Shown here in pieces: positions 21,945 to 36,511 of a DNA stretch of 64,000 nt; position 1 is the first letter of the stretch; every line of letters starts with the position of its first letter. This stretch comes from Leucoraja ocellata. Lineage: Eukaryota. The translations under genes and the position numbers were made by a program. The stretch is from the NCBI GenBank assembly GCA_036785375.1, contig JAWMAR010000836.1:186001-250000 (forward strand). The letters are read 5' to 3'. The notes under the pieces are model-generated. The model searched no databases. It was not told the origin of the DNA and saw only the letters and a program-made list of their open reading frames with translations.

Positions 21945-24900
21945 ACTAGAACATTTTTTAAAATCTCCGTTATTAGTATTGGCTTGTTGCCATTGAAAAA
22001 TGATCTTGCTATAATTTGTGCAGGTTAACATTCACACCACTGGAATATGAGATGGATATAATGACTATTATTAACATGGTGATTTTGTTCACTGTATTAA
22101 AACAATATTTCTGTTTCTTTCCAAATAAGGAATGTCTGGCTAGATAATTGCTTTGTGAAACCTATAAGATTTCTTTTGATAGTGGCATTCAACATTGGGT
22201 GATTAGAAGGGGAAGCACAAAGCAGGGTTTAACTTGGGGACTGCATTGCTGTCATCAAAGGCATTCTAGTTTAAATGTATGAAAGGTAAGGTGATCCTTT
22301 GAAGCACTCGTACTATGGCATAGCCACATCTACAGGGAAGGTGACGACCTTTAGTAGTGGATGAGTGTGGGGTGTGTATGAAGATTCTTCAGTTGGGGCA
22401 TCCAGTATAACACATCAGTAAATTATCTAAGGTACACATAAATGCTGGAGAAACTCAGCGGGTGCAGCAGCATCTATGGAGCGAAGGAAATAGGCGACGT
22501 TTCAGGCCGAAACCCTTCTTCAGACTGATCTAACCCACTACAGTGTCAAAGAATGGGATTGCCCTCAAACATTTCAAATTCCTATATCATGTAGTAAATT
22601 AATTTGAGCTAATTCCAGCAATTTATAGACCGAGAAACCAGACTATCGCTGGTGGTTGTAAAGCCTTTGCGTTTCTTAATAAATTTATGAGCATCTGGTA
22701 AAATTAGCCTTCCAGGGAGGAAGTCCCAAACCACCATCCCTAGTTCTTGAAGAAATGACCCCATTGTCAGCGCATCCTGGAGGATGCAATAAAACACAAA
22801 GTGCTGGATCAGCGGAGGGAATGGACACATGCTGTTTCAAGGGTTGGGACCATCGGTCAGTCTATTCCGGCCACAAATATTGCCCGATCGACTGAGTTCT
22901 TCCAGTATTTTATGTTTTGCTCAAAATTCCAGTGTCTGCAGTTTCTAGTCACCTGAGCAACAAACTCTATGGTGCTGTATCTGACCCCCTTGTCCATTCC
23001 ATTCTGGGACACCTTATTTACAACGGCTAGAAGTGAAAACAAGCAATGCTAGTAATGTTCTGAGATTGACTGTTCCTAAAATGCTCTGAAGATAGTTGTA
23101 TCAAAGAGACTCTACGTATGCCTTTCTTCATGGGTGCTTTAAAGCATTTGACATATTCTCAGACTGGTGGAAGTGGTGGTCTTGCATGATTCCAATTCCT
23201 GAACAGCTGTTTAGAAACTTTTAAAATATATATATTTCTAAAATTAAATGCTCCAAATCTGCCAAATATGATTTAACACCTTTTTTAAACTTGTTCCTGT
23301 TTTGTGTTTTTATTTCAGTAAAAATTGACCATAAGGTTCTTCTGTTTGGACGTCTGGTCTGAGCAAGAACGTGCGTCTTTGCCATTCTTGCTTGTAACAC
23401 TCACTCTCGGCTGTCTACCCATTTACTCTTCTGTTGCAGCTCTTGCAGGTTAGCCCTGTGTCTGGGCTGCCACACTGGCACACGAGACTCTTGCACTTGA
23501 CCTCAGCACAGGCAGAGGAGGGATGATTAAAACTTGACCTCCTGCTTTAAGGCCGTGTTATGGACTGGTCGACTTTTGCAGATCATGGAGAATTTCTGAG
23601 GCTTGATGTGAGTCCCATCGTTGGCTGACAACATCTGCCAATTGAAGACCATTGTATGGATGATAGATTACAGTATGTTGGTGCCAGGGACACCTGTCCA
23701 TGAATGTACTTCTAGAGAGACGTAGACCAGGGCTCAATCCGCTCACTTTTTTTTTTTTTTTTTTTTGTCTTGGAGGCTGGAAACAAGAGATTTTCAAATA
23801 GATTGTTATTCACATGCAACATTTTAAGATTTACATCTATTAACTTTTTTCAGATTTGTACAGAGTTTTTAAAAAAATCTAGTGTTTTAAGCTTATATTA
23901 AACCACACTCTAAGGTTTCTTATCATTTCCAAAGGGGAGCAAAACCACAGTAGCCCTCCTCTCTGACACTCTAGATAAAACCTGGCCAAGCCCGGAGAAG
24001 CTGGCTGATCCTCCGGCCCACAAGGAAATCTCAGGTTAATTATCCACTTCCCTAATTCCATGTCTTGCTGCTTATCTGGGAGATGAGAAATGGCCTGATC
24101 TGGGCCTCTGTACAATGAATGCTCTTACCTGTTCTAAAATGCCTGAGCTTTAATATATCCGGTTTAAAAGTTTATTTCAGAACAAAGTCGATCACTGCAT
24201 CTCGATGCCCTGTTAAACGTGGATGGATTTCAAACCCCCATGATAAACCTAGGTGTAGTATTTAAATCGACGTGAAAGGCTACTGGAATTTGACAGCATT
24301 TTATTGGGTTGGTTGTAAAATGTCTAGTTTCACCGTAATAAATGATGTTGTCTCGCTTAGTGTAAACCAATAAACAGGGACTGTTCTTGCCAAGGAACAT
24401 TTAAAGGAGCAGGCAACACAACAGCAATGCCCCTGATGTTAGGGTGAAGAAGATCCTCAACAACGTTTACTGAGGAGTGAAGCTGTGAGGTGTTGCATGC
24501 AGTTGGATAAGTTAACTACAAATCGCTGGAGGAATTATCTGTTTGCTCAGCTGTTTGGATTTAAAGTGGCATTAGAACCAATGCACTAGGTTGCAGAAGT
24601 AAAATCTGTGGGTCTGTTAGAGGAAAGTCTGCTCATTTGTGAGACGTGCAAAGCGCAGGCACTTATTGCTGCCGCAAGTTTTCACGGGTCGTGTCGTTTA
24701 TAAATGGGGAAGAGGATTTACCTAAACATGTGACGGTTGGAATTTAAGCATTGGCTATTTCTTGTTGGGGATAATATGTATTAACTACAGAGATTAGCAA
24801 TTAAGATCATTAATGCTGCACTTTATTTGGAAGAATTAAACCTGTGTACTTTACAGGTTTAAAGCCATGTTGAACAAGTTCCACACGTACTCCCTTTTAT

Positions 24901-27900
24901 ACAACTTTCTAGTTGATTTTGGTCTTTGTATAAACTGAGCTTTGTTGGAAGGTGTTCATGTAACTGACTCCAAATAAATAGGCTGCTTCATATTTAAACC
25001 TAAGGCACAAATTAAAACAAAAGTCTAAGCCCAATGTGAAACATCACCAGCATAGGAATCTTCTTCGAATTAGAAAATTCAGATACAGATTGCAGACTAT
25101 AAATGATTACATTTTCACATCTTTACTTTGCCACCAATCTCTGCACTGCAAGATCTCCGTCGGGTGAACATTGACATTGGCGTGTCATTACACACCCTGC
25201 CTTATTTTCCATTCTTGTTTGGCTGCCACCTGTTTTGCCAACATGCTGAAGCTGAATTTGATTTATTTCACTAAAATTCCACTACCCATCTGTTGCATGT
25301 CTTAAAAAAACAAATGTAAAGATCTCAGTGAGAGAAGATTCATCAACTTGCTCAAACTTGAATCTGAAGATGTTGCTGTGCAAAGCATTTTTAAATGGCA
25401 CGATGACCAACGCTATACAGTAATTTGCAGAGAATATTTATTAACCAAAAATGCAGGTTTGTTTTGAAATGTTCTAATAATGTGTGGACTGTGGGGAGAG
25501 GAGCAGATGTGAAACTCGTTCTGTAGAAGCCTTTTTTCTCTAGTTGGTGTGTTTTATAATTGATCTACTGGTCTATGATCGATTAGTGTCTGGGTAATTA
25601 GAGCCTCCACATTTGGATGCTTTGAGAGGTTGTAGGCCACGTCCATGCTGTAAGCCACACACATAAAGAATGCAACATCCGAGGCCATGTTTAATATCCT
25701 CCTGATGCCATTTTGTCACAAGTAATCACTTTTCACAACCTGGTGAAACTTAATGACCAAATTCATCCATTCCCTCTCCCAGCTTTTTCTTTTATACATT
25801 TTCAGTGCAGTTTGTCTATGATATCCTGCAGAATTCTACCTAATGCATTGAAATTCCTATCTGATTTCCATCTTATTTTTGAAATCTCCTCTATCGTTTA
25901 AAAAAAAAAAAAAAAATGACAAGGTGTTCCTGGGATTTATTTGTCACCATCCTAATCCTGAATGTTTGTTCTCAACTCGCATAGAATGTAGGATCTAACT
26001 ACCCAGACACTAATGGGTCACAGGCCAGTTGATCAATTCTCAACTGGAGTTCAATCTTAAATTGTGTCTGTCGCTGAGAAATTCTGCTTCCCTAACATCA
26101 CAACTACCAGTGTTGGTTGGTCCACACCTCCTGGGGTTGTTGTGGTTAGGCTGCCCTTTTCTATTCCACAGTAATTGATAGAGGACCTCGACAAACAGGT
26201 GATTCATACCCATTCCCAGCGGGGTGGTCTCCCCATTGGAGTTTCGTCCATGTTCTGTACAAATCGTAGAATGCATATTGATTAAAGCAGAGCTCGGTGG
26301 TATATTTACTAATGACGGCCAACTTGCCTTTCCTCAAGTACACAGACTGGACCTGTTGGGTGCAGAGCAGCAATGTTATTTCTCTCTGTACATGCAAGGC
26401 CAGAGAAACAAATACATTTGAGCAGTGTTGTGATTATTGGCTGTTTTGTATCAATGTTACATCATCCTGTAATGTTATTTGTCGATGTTCTTGTGCTAAG
26501 TCTCAGATGGGTGGCGTTCCGTTCTGACCGCGTGTGTGAAACTTGGTCTGTTGTCCTGCCTGGTCAGTGTTGTGTCTCAACACCGTGTACAGGCCTTGTT
26601 TTAAATGAACAGATACTTAATGAGGCAATTATCAATGTTAGCAATAATCCGATGCAAGTTAATTGATGATCGGCTGATCAGTTGGGGGTTAATGTTGGTC
26701 CCAAACATCCAAGGGAAAAAGAAACGAGAAACACCTAATGGGACACACAATGCTGAAGTAATTTAGTGGGCCGGACAGCATAGAGTGGACAAGGATAGGT
26801 GAATACTTCTGAATGAACCAACCCGAAATGTCACTTATCTGTGTTCCCCAGGGATGCTGTCTGACCACCCTGAGTTACCCTGCATTTTATGCCCTCCTTT
26901 TAGACCAGCATCTGCTGATCTTTGACCTGTGACAATCTGTGTCAGCCTTCGATCAGAACATGCTTGTAGCCTGCACATTGCCACGGATGGTCAAATGGAC
27001 CTTTGATCATTGCTGCCTGGGTTTATAGTTGCAGACTGTATCCCTGGTGCTATAACTTGCCAGGGATAGTGAGTTTTCTGTAACAAAGAAAATTTGAGCA
27101 TCTATTTTCAGGATGGCTTTGTGATTTTTGGGGCAAAGAGGGAGGGAAAAGTACTTGGGCATGCAATGGAAGATTTTCTTCTAGTCTTCATTCGTGTGTG
27201 GATAATGTTGCCCCTAGAAAAACGTGGCCAAGTGTTGCATTCACTCACTCTGCTATGCCACAGTTTAATGGGTAAACAACATGCTTTATTGTGGTGTTTT
27301 GGTTGTCAGTTGAAAGTATTTGAGGATGTGGGGTCCATTTATTAATGTTTTCATATACAGGACAATGGAGAACATCAAACATTTTGCAAAGTAATTGTAG
27401 CTTTCAGGGGATTGATACACTAAGACACTGCTCAACAATTATAGGGTTCCGAGTTTTTAGGATGCAGTGTTTCGCCATTTGAGCGTTGACGTGAATATTG
27501 TCTGTCTTTCATTCCTTTACTGAAAGGAGGTGCTGAACTAAGCTTTCAAATGTGTTACCTGTCTAAAAATGTGGTGTATCTGTACTTCTGTATCTATTAC
27601 GGTCCAACTTAAAATCTGTCGTTTGCAGTGACTTCGCTGAGTTCCAACTCACAAATTTAAAGGAAGATGGATTCTAAAATAGTTTTAAATCGTAGAAACA
27701 TCAGGAATATATTTACATGGTTGGAACTTAAAAATAACTTGTTTTGAGCCGGTATATCAAATTAAATTAGACCAAATGTTTTTTTTGCCACTTGGAACTG
27801 TGATTGTTGAATCTGTCACTGTGACATCTCCAGCCCAGAGTCTTTGTCAACATGTTAGTTCATGGAACAAGGCACACAGATTGTCACAGTGCCAGCTCAG

Positions 27901-30589
27901 GGTGGCATTTCCAATGAACTAATGCATATGCAAAAGACAAATAAAGGACAATTGTTCTAAACTTTATTAATGTTCATGATTTATATCATATCATCCCACA
28001 CTAATGCTTCAGGTTGGTTGAACTGCAGTAAGCATCCAATGCTGCAAGCCTCTATTTGTCCTGAGATGCTTCAATCTTGGATATGTCCAGTGATGCTGTT
28101 TTGTGTTTTGTGACAGTGTACCCCTAACCTCCTCTGTTTTCCGTTTGTGACATTAACCCCTAACCTCCTCCGTTTTCAAATATAGAATTTATTTTTAATT
28201 TTAATTTGATTTTATATCTTTTAGTTACTAGTTTATTAAATTAGAAGTGATTGGTTACAAGATCAAAACAAGAGGGAGGTAGATTGATGGAAGAACATTC
28301 TTTATATGTAGCTTAGCGTTTAACTAATATGGGTATTATGACTGAATATGAATCTAACTAATTGTGAATGCCGGAACGGTTAGATTCTGTTAGTGTGAGA
28401 TAAAGGAGTGTAGTCGCTGTCAGGAGATAATACAAATGCTTGGGTGACCACAGTTTTGAAACTACTAACACATTAATGTGGTCCCTTGTAGTCAAAAACC
28501 CACCATGACCATTACACTGTTAATCTTGCAACTTCCTTCTCTCAAAGTTCATATTATTATTGGGCTTTCACTTTTATGTATGGACTTTCTCTGATTATCT
28601 GTGTGGAAGTTAGTTTGTTTCCTTGAAGTTTGAAGTGCTCTGGGTACTTTTTTTTGTAGTTACATGGTAGATTTGTATTAAATATATAAAAGAAAAATGG
28701 AAAAAATGTGGTTTAGTCTTCAGTTTGTTCAAATATCTTGGAACAAACACTAACTACACTACATCGTTCTGACAATGAGGGAGTGGGTGTGAAAGTTGGT
28801 GTCGAGGAAATTGACAGAGGAAAATTACAGGACAAGCAGACTTTGAGCTTCGCTTCAAGAGGATTTATTGCAGCATATGGAGAGATGGCGGCAGTTCTGT
28901 CTTTACAGCAGAATTAGCCAACAGTTATACAGTCCAGTAAACAATTTTTTATCTGTTAGATTCGATTATAGGAAAATATACTTCATCCTTGGCCAAACGT
29001 TTCCTGTTATTTATGTCTCGTTCATGGGTATTAATTATTTCATTAGTCATAATATACTTTTTTATGATCTTATTCAACAACAGATGGTTAATACAAGTCA
29101 AACATGGAATAATGTCAAGATGCCCTTATCTCATCTTTCACTGCCCCTCCCTGAGCCGATCACAAGCACGCATTGTCAGCAACGTTTCTGCTCTACTATT
29201 GCTGTTGTGTTTTGTTCGCCGACGCCATGCATTCCGAGACAGTAAACGCGTGTCGGCGCAGTGATAGAATTGCTATCTTGCAGCGCCAGAGACCCGGGTT
29301 CGATCCTGACTATGGGTTCTGTCTGTACGGAGTTTGTACGTTCTCCCCTTAACCTGCGTGGGTTTTCTCTGGAATCTTCGGCCTCCTCCCACACTCCAAA
29401 GACGTACAGGAATGTAGGTTAATTGGCTTGGTAAATGTAACAATTGTCCCTCGTGGGTCTAGGACAGTATTAATATGCGGGGAACGCTGGTTGGGCTGAA
29501 AGGGCTGTTTCCGTGCTGTATCTTTAAACTAAACTAAAAAATAAAACATTCCCGGAGATAAGGTGTCTGAAACCTGTTTTGCTCTGCAGCCAGTCACCAA
29601 GAAATGCCAATTGCCACATCCTCTCACCCTTGTGTTACCTTATTTAATTCCAACCTTAATTAAGTATCTGGAGATTTTAATCTTTCTTCTACAGTTGGAT
29701 AACAGGCCGGCATGGACTCGATGGGCCGAAGGACCGTTAGCCATAAACAAAACATGAATATGCTGTCCTGGCATGATTTCCTGCAGCTCCTCCCTTGCTC
29801 CCCCTCCCACTAGTCACAACAGAGACCGAGTCCCCCTAGTCCTTGCCTTTCACCCAAGCAACCGTGGCATAAACCCATAAACCTCTGTAATTCCGCTGAC
29901 TGGATAGCGTTCAGCAAAAAACTTCCCTGTACCTTGGTACATGTGACAAACTAAACTACAGGTGGTGCAGCCGTAGAGTTGTTGCCTTACAGCGCCAGAG
30001 ACCCTGGTTCAATCTTAACCACGGGTGCTGTCTGTATGGAGTGTGTACGTCCTTCCCGTGACTGCGTGGGTTTTCTCCGGGTGCACCGGTTTCCTCCCAC
30101 ACTACAAGACGTACAGGTTTGTAGGTTAATAGGCTTCAGTAAAAATTATAAATTGTCCCTAGAGTAGTGCTAGTGTTCGGGGATCGATGGTCGGAATGGA
30201 CTCGGTGGGCCGAAAGGCCTGTTCCTGCACAGTATCTCTAAACTTGTCTAATTTATCCAGTTTGTGGAATGAATAGGTGCCTGGTGTGTGAACAATAAGG
30301 AGAGTTTTGGGGCTTACTGATGTGTAGCTGCAAACTTGCTGTGGGTGTGTCTGGCAAACACAGGAACTCGGGCTGGGCTCGGCAGGCCAGGGCATGGTGG
30401 CAGGAAACGGCACTGACACAAATCCTGCCTGTGACACGAGCAGTGTAGTGATGGAGCTCTGGGTGGGAAGTGGCTGCTTGTTCCCTTTTAGCCAAGTTTA
30501 TCTATTGGTACAAAGTGACAACTAAAACACCATGGGACAAAGTCGTCTAAAATAGTACGTACGCATCCAAGTATGAACGCAAAAATGTT

Positions 30590-31150
30590 GTTACTTTTCA
30601 AGAAGCATTCAGGCCCCTGCGGTGCCCAGCAGTCCTGGAAAGTGGCCACGGTGCCTGTAGACAATGAGTGCTCCCTCTCCAGAGACATCCAGGCACGGGC
30701 GTAGGCCCAGAGGATGGGGAAGGCAGTCGGCCTGGGTGAAGCCCCTGGATGCCCAATGCATGATCCATGAATGGTCAGGATGGCCAGGCCCTGCAGCAAA
30801 CCCACCAGGAAATCCTCTGTCTGACCCACTCCCCCCCCCCCCCCCTCCCCCCCCCCCCTGCATCGATGCTCAAAGATTGGCGGAGTGGGGCTGAAGTGTA
30901 GCCAGAATTTGAGGAGCAGTCCCTTCAGATATTTAACGAGGGGCAGCAACCTCTTGTATCCCATCTACATGATGTACACGTCCTGGTGCAGACGGATGAG
31001 GAGTCCGTGATGCACCGCATGGCTCTGTGCAACAATCTCCACCTCAGGTCCCTGATGTGAGGGGGAGGACTCCCTGCGCAGAGACCACCACTGGGGATTA
31101 TCTGGCCCTGTTACTACAGGTGGGCAGTAGTGTGGACAGACGGGATAGCT
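30590..31150 (-). mobile_element. Tx1/L1-like LINE ORF2 3' fragment
   Basis: Frameshifted peptides LKFWLHFSPT...ARAWMSLEREH...FQDCWAPQG resemble Tx1 C-termini (recalled, not searched). Confidence 0.55.
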
Positions 31151-33864
31151 CACTCCCGACCCCTTGTGACTCGTGTAAAATCACCTTTTTGTGATTTTAT
31201 TGTTCCGATACGATAAACTTTATTCATCCCCGGAGGGCAATTGGTCACAACACACAACAACGTACACAGACTTGAAATTAAAAGTGAAAAAAGAAAAGGA
31301 CAAGTCACCTGCTTAAAAAGGGCCGTGCAGTGTCGCAGCTGATAGAACTGCTGCCTCACAGCCCTGGAGACCAAGGGTCGACCCTGAAATGTGGTGCTGT
31401 CTGTGTGGAGTTTGCACGTTCTCCCTGTGACCATGTGGGTTTTGTCTGCTTTCCTCCCACATCCCAAAGCCGTGTGGGTTTGTTGGCCTCTGTAAATGGC
31501 CCCTAGCGTGTAGGAAGTGGAATAACATAGAACTAGTGTGATCGCTGGTCGGCGTGGACTCGGTGGGCGGAAGAGACGGTTTCAATGATGTATCTCTGAA
31601 CTAAAACCAAGCAATATCGTGAAAATGATTTATCCCTGTCCAAACAATGCCTATTCAATCCAAACTTAAACTGAGATTGATGATGTCAGCTGGTGAGTAT
31701 CCTGAGTGATTCTAATCACCTCGTTTTGTTGGGCAATTCAGATTGTATTGTCACTACGATAATTACCCTCGAGAGGACAAAACTGTTGCTGAGAGATGTA
31801 TTAACATCCTGGTCATTAATTTCTAACCAAGCACCATGAATATTTGGCTATGTGTGCATTCTTAAAATGGATCATAGTCCTACCACATGGAAATAAGCCC
31901 TTTGGCCCAACTTGTCCACACCAATCAAGATGCCCCATTTAAGACAGTCCCATTTGGCCCATATCCCTCTAAACCTTTCCCTTCCATGTATCTGTTCAAG
32001 TGTCTTTTAAATATTGCTGTAGTACCAGCCTCAACTGCACGCACCACCCCCTGTGTAGAAAAAGTTGCCTCTCGTTAAATATTTTCCCCTCTTTAAACCA
32101 ATGACCTCGGGTTCTTGATTCCCGTACCATGGGGGTAAAAGACTCTGTGCATTCACCCTGTCTATTACCCTCATGGTTTGACACACTTCTCTTAAGATCT
32201 CGCCTTGGCCTCCTGCACTGTAAGGAATGAAGTCCTAGCCTGCCCAACCTTGCCCGATAGCTCAGGCCCCGGCAGCATCCTTGGACATCCTCTCTGCAAT
32301 CTGCTGCTTAATTACATTGGGTGGTGGGTCTGAAATTTACACGAATTTAATTTGCGTTCTAAAATGTGTCGCTTAATGGTAAGACATTAAAGGTTTGGCA
32401 CACAGTTAGTTCATGGATTAAAGTGCATTAGGGGATAGATAGATTGTAAAGGCCACATCTACATGGCTATCAGTGCAGGCATTAAAGCCTGATTAGAACA
32501 TGCATTGTTCAATAGTGATTGCAGATTAATATTGGCTCGGTAAATAGTGTACAATTTACTGGCTGCTCTCCCTGCGAATGGTCAGTTATTCGGGATGCCT
32601 GGTTCATAGTAAATTACTTTCATTCATTTGAAATAACAGAGCACATTAACCTCTGTTCATGACATCATGTGGCTTAGTAAGGCCAAGCTGTGGATTAGTA
32701 GGGTCACACTGTCAACTGAATCAGAAGCGTCTGGTTTCCACGCAGACTCCAGACATTTGAACACACACGGTCTCTACCAACCCCATTCACACATAAATAT
32801 TGCCCTTTACATGAGACAGCTGGATTTTATATTTAGGAGACACAGGCTGTTCGGCCCACAAGCAATTACCCTATACTAGTTCTATCCTACACACGAGGGA
32901 AGGTTTATAGAAGCCAATTAACCTAGAATCCTGGACCTATTTGGAATGTAGGAGGAACATGGAGAAAACTCACATGATCAAGGGAAGAGCATGTAAACTC
33001 CATACAGACAGCACCTGTGGTCAGGATTGAACCCGGGTCTCTGGTGCTGTGAGGTTACCCCACTGTGTCGCTGCCTCTTGATGGATTTACTGTAGAAGCT
33101 GCTATGCCACTGCCTTCAGTTGCAGAATAAAATCTTCCGTGTGACCAGACAGGTCACTCTGCTACTGGAAGGAGGTCATTAAGTTGGAGAGAGTGCAGAG
33201 GAGATTCACCAGGATGTTACCTGGGTGTGCGGGCTCGAGTTACAGGGGGAGTTGTGATAGGATGGGACTTTTATTCTTTGGAACACAAGAGGCTGAGGGG
33301 TGACCTCATTGAGGTGTACAAGGTCACGAGGGGCATGGATAAAGTGAATGCTCAGTTTTGTTTAGGTTGGAGAATTCTAAAATTAGAGGGCACAGGCTTC
33401 AGGTACGAGGGGAGATTTAATAGGGCCACCTTCTTCATTCACAGGGTAGTCTGTATCTGGAATGAACTGCCAGAGGAAACTATATAAGTGTATAAAATAA
33501 GGGTGTCAAAGATAACTAGGAGAAGGCAGGAGAATGGGGTTGAGAAGAGAAAAATAGATCAGCTATGATTGAATGGTAGAAGTTACTCAATGGGCTGAAT
33601 GGCCTCATTCTGCTCCAATGCCTTATGGTCATACAAGTTGGCATTAGTTTATTATTGTTGCATGTGCTGAGATATGGGACAAAGCTTTTGTTTGTGGGTC
33701 AAATCATACTATACATTAATACAATCAAGCCATTCGCAAGCACAACAGATTATTTTTCTCTTCCCACCACCTGTGTGCAGAATAGTTTGATCTGAGTTTG
33801 AAGGCACTGGGCCTGTACCTGCTGGAGTTTAGAAGGATGAGGGGGTACCTCATTGAAACTTACT

Positions 33865-36205
33865 CAGGGCTGCCAAGAATGGGTGAGAGTTGGGAATTAG
33901 AAATTGCAAGGGGCCAAGCCCAATGGCGCGTAGCTCCTGTGGGGTGGGGTGGGGTGTTGGAGCTTGAAATTGTGCAATCTGGTGCACACTTTAGCGAGTC
34001 TTTTAACTTGCACTTGAATACAATATGCTTTAAATTGGATTAGCTATGAATAAGGTTAGGCTAAATTACATTCCACAGTAGAGCCAGGTTCCGATTGACA
34101 GGTGCAGCACATCAATGATCTTAGTGTATTCATGTGTGGAAATCAGATTTTAATCAAATACTTGCTCATGTTGACCAACCTGGGTCCCACTGCACACCGG
34201 GTACTCCTGACCCTGACTCCAGTTGCATACCTTCTCTCATTCCTGACCCTGAGTCCAGCCTTACACCCAGTACTATTCCAGACCTTGACTGGATGCACAC
34301 TTGCCTTGCTCCTAGCCCCTCTGCATTGACAATATATCTGGCCCACACATAAAGCCCCACAACTGACCCCCTGGACATAACCTATTACGTACAAGTCCAC
34401 AGGTGCTTATCTACTGCAGTAATCTTTTATGGGGCACTTCACTGACCCATTGGCGTCCTTGTTATCTAACATGCTAGTTACTTTGTCAAATAAGTCATCA
34501 ATTGGTTGAACACAATTTCTCATCCCTAAAATTATACTCACTCAGCTGTATAAGTATTCTGTTACCATTTCCTTCATTTTCCTAACAAACTGTCCTGAAG
34601 TCATTTTCACCCCCAATATCTCCAGTATTTTGGTGTCTTCCTCTCAGCTGGGACTTTTCCGCAAGATCTAATAACTATATATTTAAGCAATATTATTCTA
34701 TTAAATGTGTTAATATGAGAGTACATAATATTTTCTGTGGTATTCATAATACATATCATTCAAAATGATAAAAAGATCTTTATTTTGATTGCACCTACCA
34801 ACATGCGTACATTATTATATTACAGTTAATATGTACCAAAGGCAATTTTTTGTTCCATTGCTCATGAGATATTTTTGTTTCATTAATTAAACGAGATTGG
34901 AGACATTTCTATTCAACTTGTCAAAGGTATTTGAGGGGGGGTTTAGAAATAGTCAGTGAGGTAAACAAACATAATAGTTGTGTGGCAAATGACAATAGTG
35001 CTACCTTCCCAATATTTAATTGGAGGAAATAATGGGTTATCGGGGCTGTATGTTGTGACACCTTGCATGTCATTTTAATATTACACTTATCCCATCCCCC
35101 TGGATATTCCGGATTAATAAATTAAGGTTTTGTCAACTAATTACAAATCAATAACATTAGCCAACTCAGAAACATGAAGCGCTGAGCATTGGAATCCAGA
35201 CATCACGGACAACTGCCCTCTGTTCCCGCTCACATCTGGCAGTGCTCTCCGTCTGAACCAGGGGCCACGGAGCGATTTTGAAAGTGGGGAGGCTGAGCGA
35301 TCACTGATCACTGGCCTTGGGGATACACAGTGAGGGAGTGGAGCAACCGAGTGGGGAGAGGGTGTGGAAGGGGGGGGGGGGGGTGTCCCCTCTCATGGTA
35401 GGGACTTTTGAAATTTGATATATTAAAATCATGTTTTAGTGCATTGTAGAAGTATGATTTCAATGTTTTTTGTTTAAGTATTTAAGGTATAAAGTATGTT
35501 TAAGGGGTAACTTTTTCCACACAAAGGTGTATGGAATAAGTTGCCGGAGGAGGTAGTTGAGGCAGGGACTACCCAACATTTGAGAAACAGACCGATACAT
35601 GGATAGGACAGGTTTGGAGGTATGGACAAAAAGCAGGTAGCGTAGCTGGGACATGTTGGCGGGTGTGGGCAAGTTGTGCCGAAGGGCCTGTTTTCACACT
35701 GTATCACTCTATGACTACATTATACCTCCACCATGCATGAATGCTTCAAAATCAAGTGGCTTGAGTTTTATTTCCATATACTCAAGCATAGAAACATAGA
35801 AAATAGATGCAGGAATAGGACATCGGCCCTTCGAGCCAGCACTGCCATTCAATATGATCATGGCTATTCATCTAAAATCAGTACATCTTTCCTGTTTTTC
35901 CCCCATATCCTTTGATGTTGTTAGCCCCAAGAGCTAAATGTATCTCCCTTAAAAACATCCAGTGAATTGACCTGCACTGCCTTCTGTGGCAGAGAATTCC
36001 ACAGATTCACAACTCTCTGCGTGAAGAAAGTTTGTCCTCATCTCAGTCCTAACTGGCCCCCCCTTTATTCTTAAACTGTGACCCATGGTTCTGAACGCCC
36101 CCAACATCGGGAACATTTTTCCTGCAGTTACAGTAAGTGAAAATCTAGCAGGCAAGCAGGATGCTTCCTCCATCCACCCCCATTTGAAGCTCACTATCTG
36201 CCACC
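33865..36205 (+). repeat. Copy 1 of the CAGGGCTG element (right-truncated)
   Basis: Colinear with 42768-45610 over >2 kb with indels, including shared embedded CR1 fragments. Confidence 0.85.
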
Positions 36206-36444
36206 TTATTCTGCAGGTTTCCAACTTAATGTCTTCATTAAAAAGACAACCAATTCTTCATATTGTGTTCCATATAATTTGCAATGTCATTCACACTTGG
36301 CACAGGAGCAATTCTTGTCTTCTACTAGACCATGCTTTTGTAGAACGACACAATTTTGTAAACTAATATATCCGACTGATAGCTCTTTCAAGAGCAAGTT
36401 GGGCCGAAGGGCCTGTTTCCACGCTGTATCATTCAATTGTATCT

Positions 36445-36511
36445 TCATTCTTTGTGCTTTTGAGAGTTTCCTGGCTCTCTCCATCGACACTTGCATACAA
36501 ATGTTACAACA
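36445..36511 (-). CDS. Uncharacterised membrane protein, last coding exon (end of TM and cytoplasmic tail)
   Basis: tctttattgttcttcgacAG; phase-2 join gives C-VVTFVCKCRWREPGNSQKHKE*, continuing the hydrophobic helix followed by basic stop-transfer residues. Confidence 0.65.

Noticed and set aside
28108-28177. Two-copy ~37-bp tandem repeat
   Set aside because: Ordinary local duplication; no spacers, not CRISPR-like
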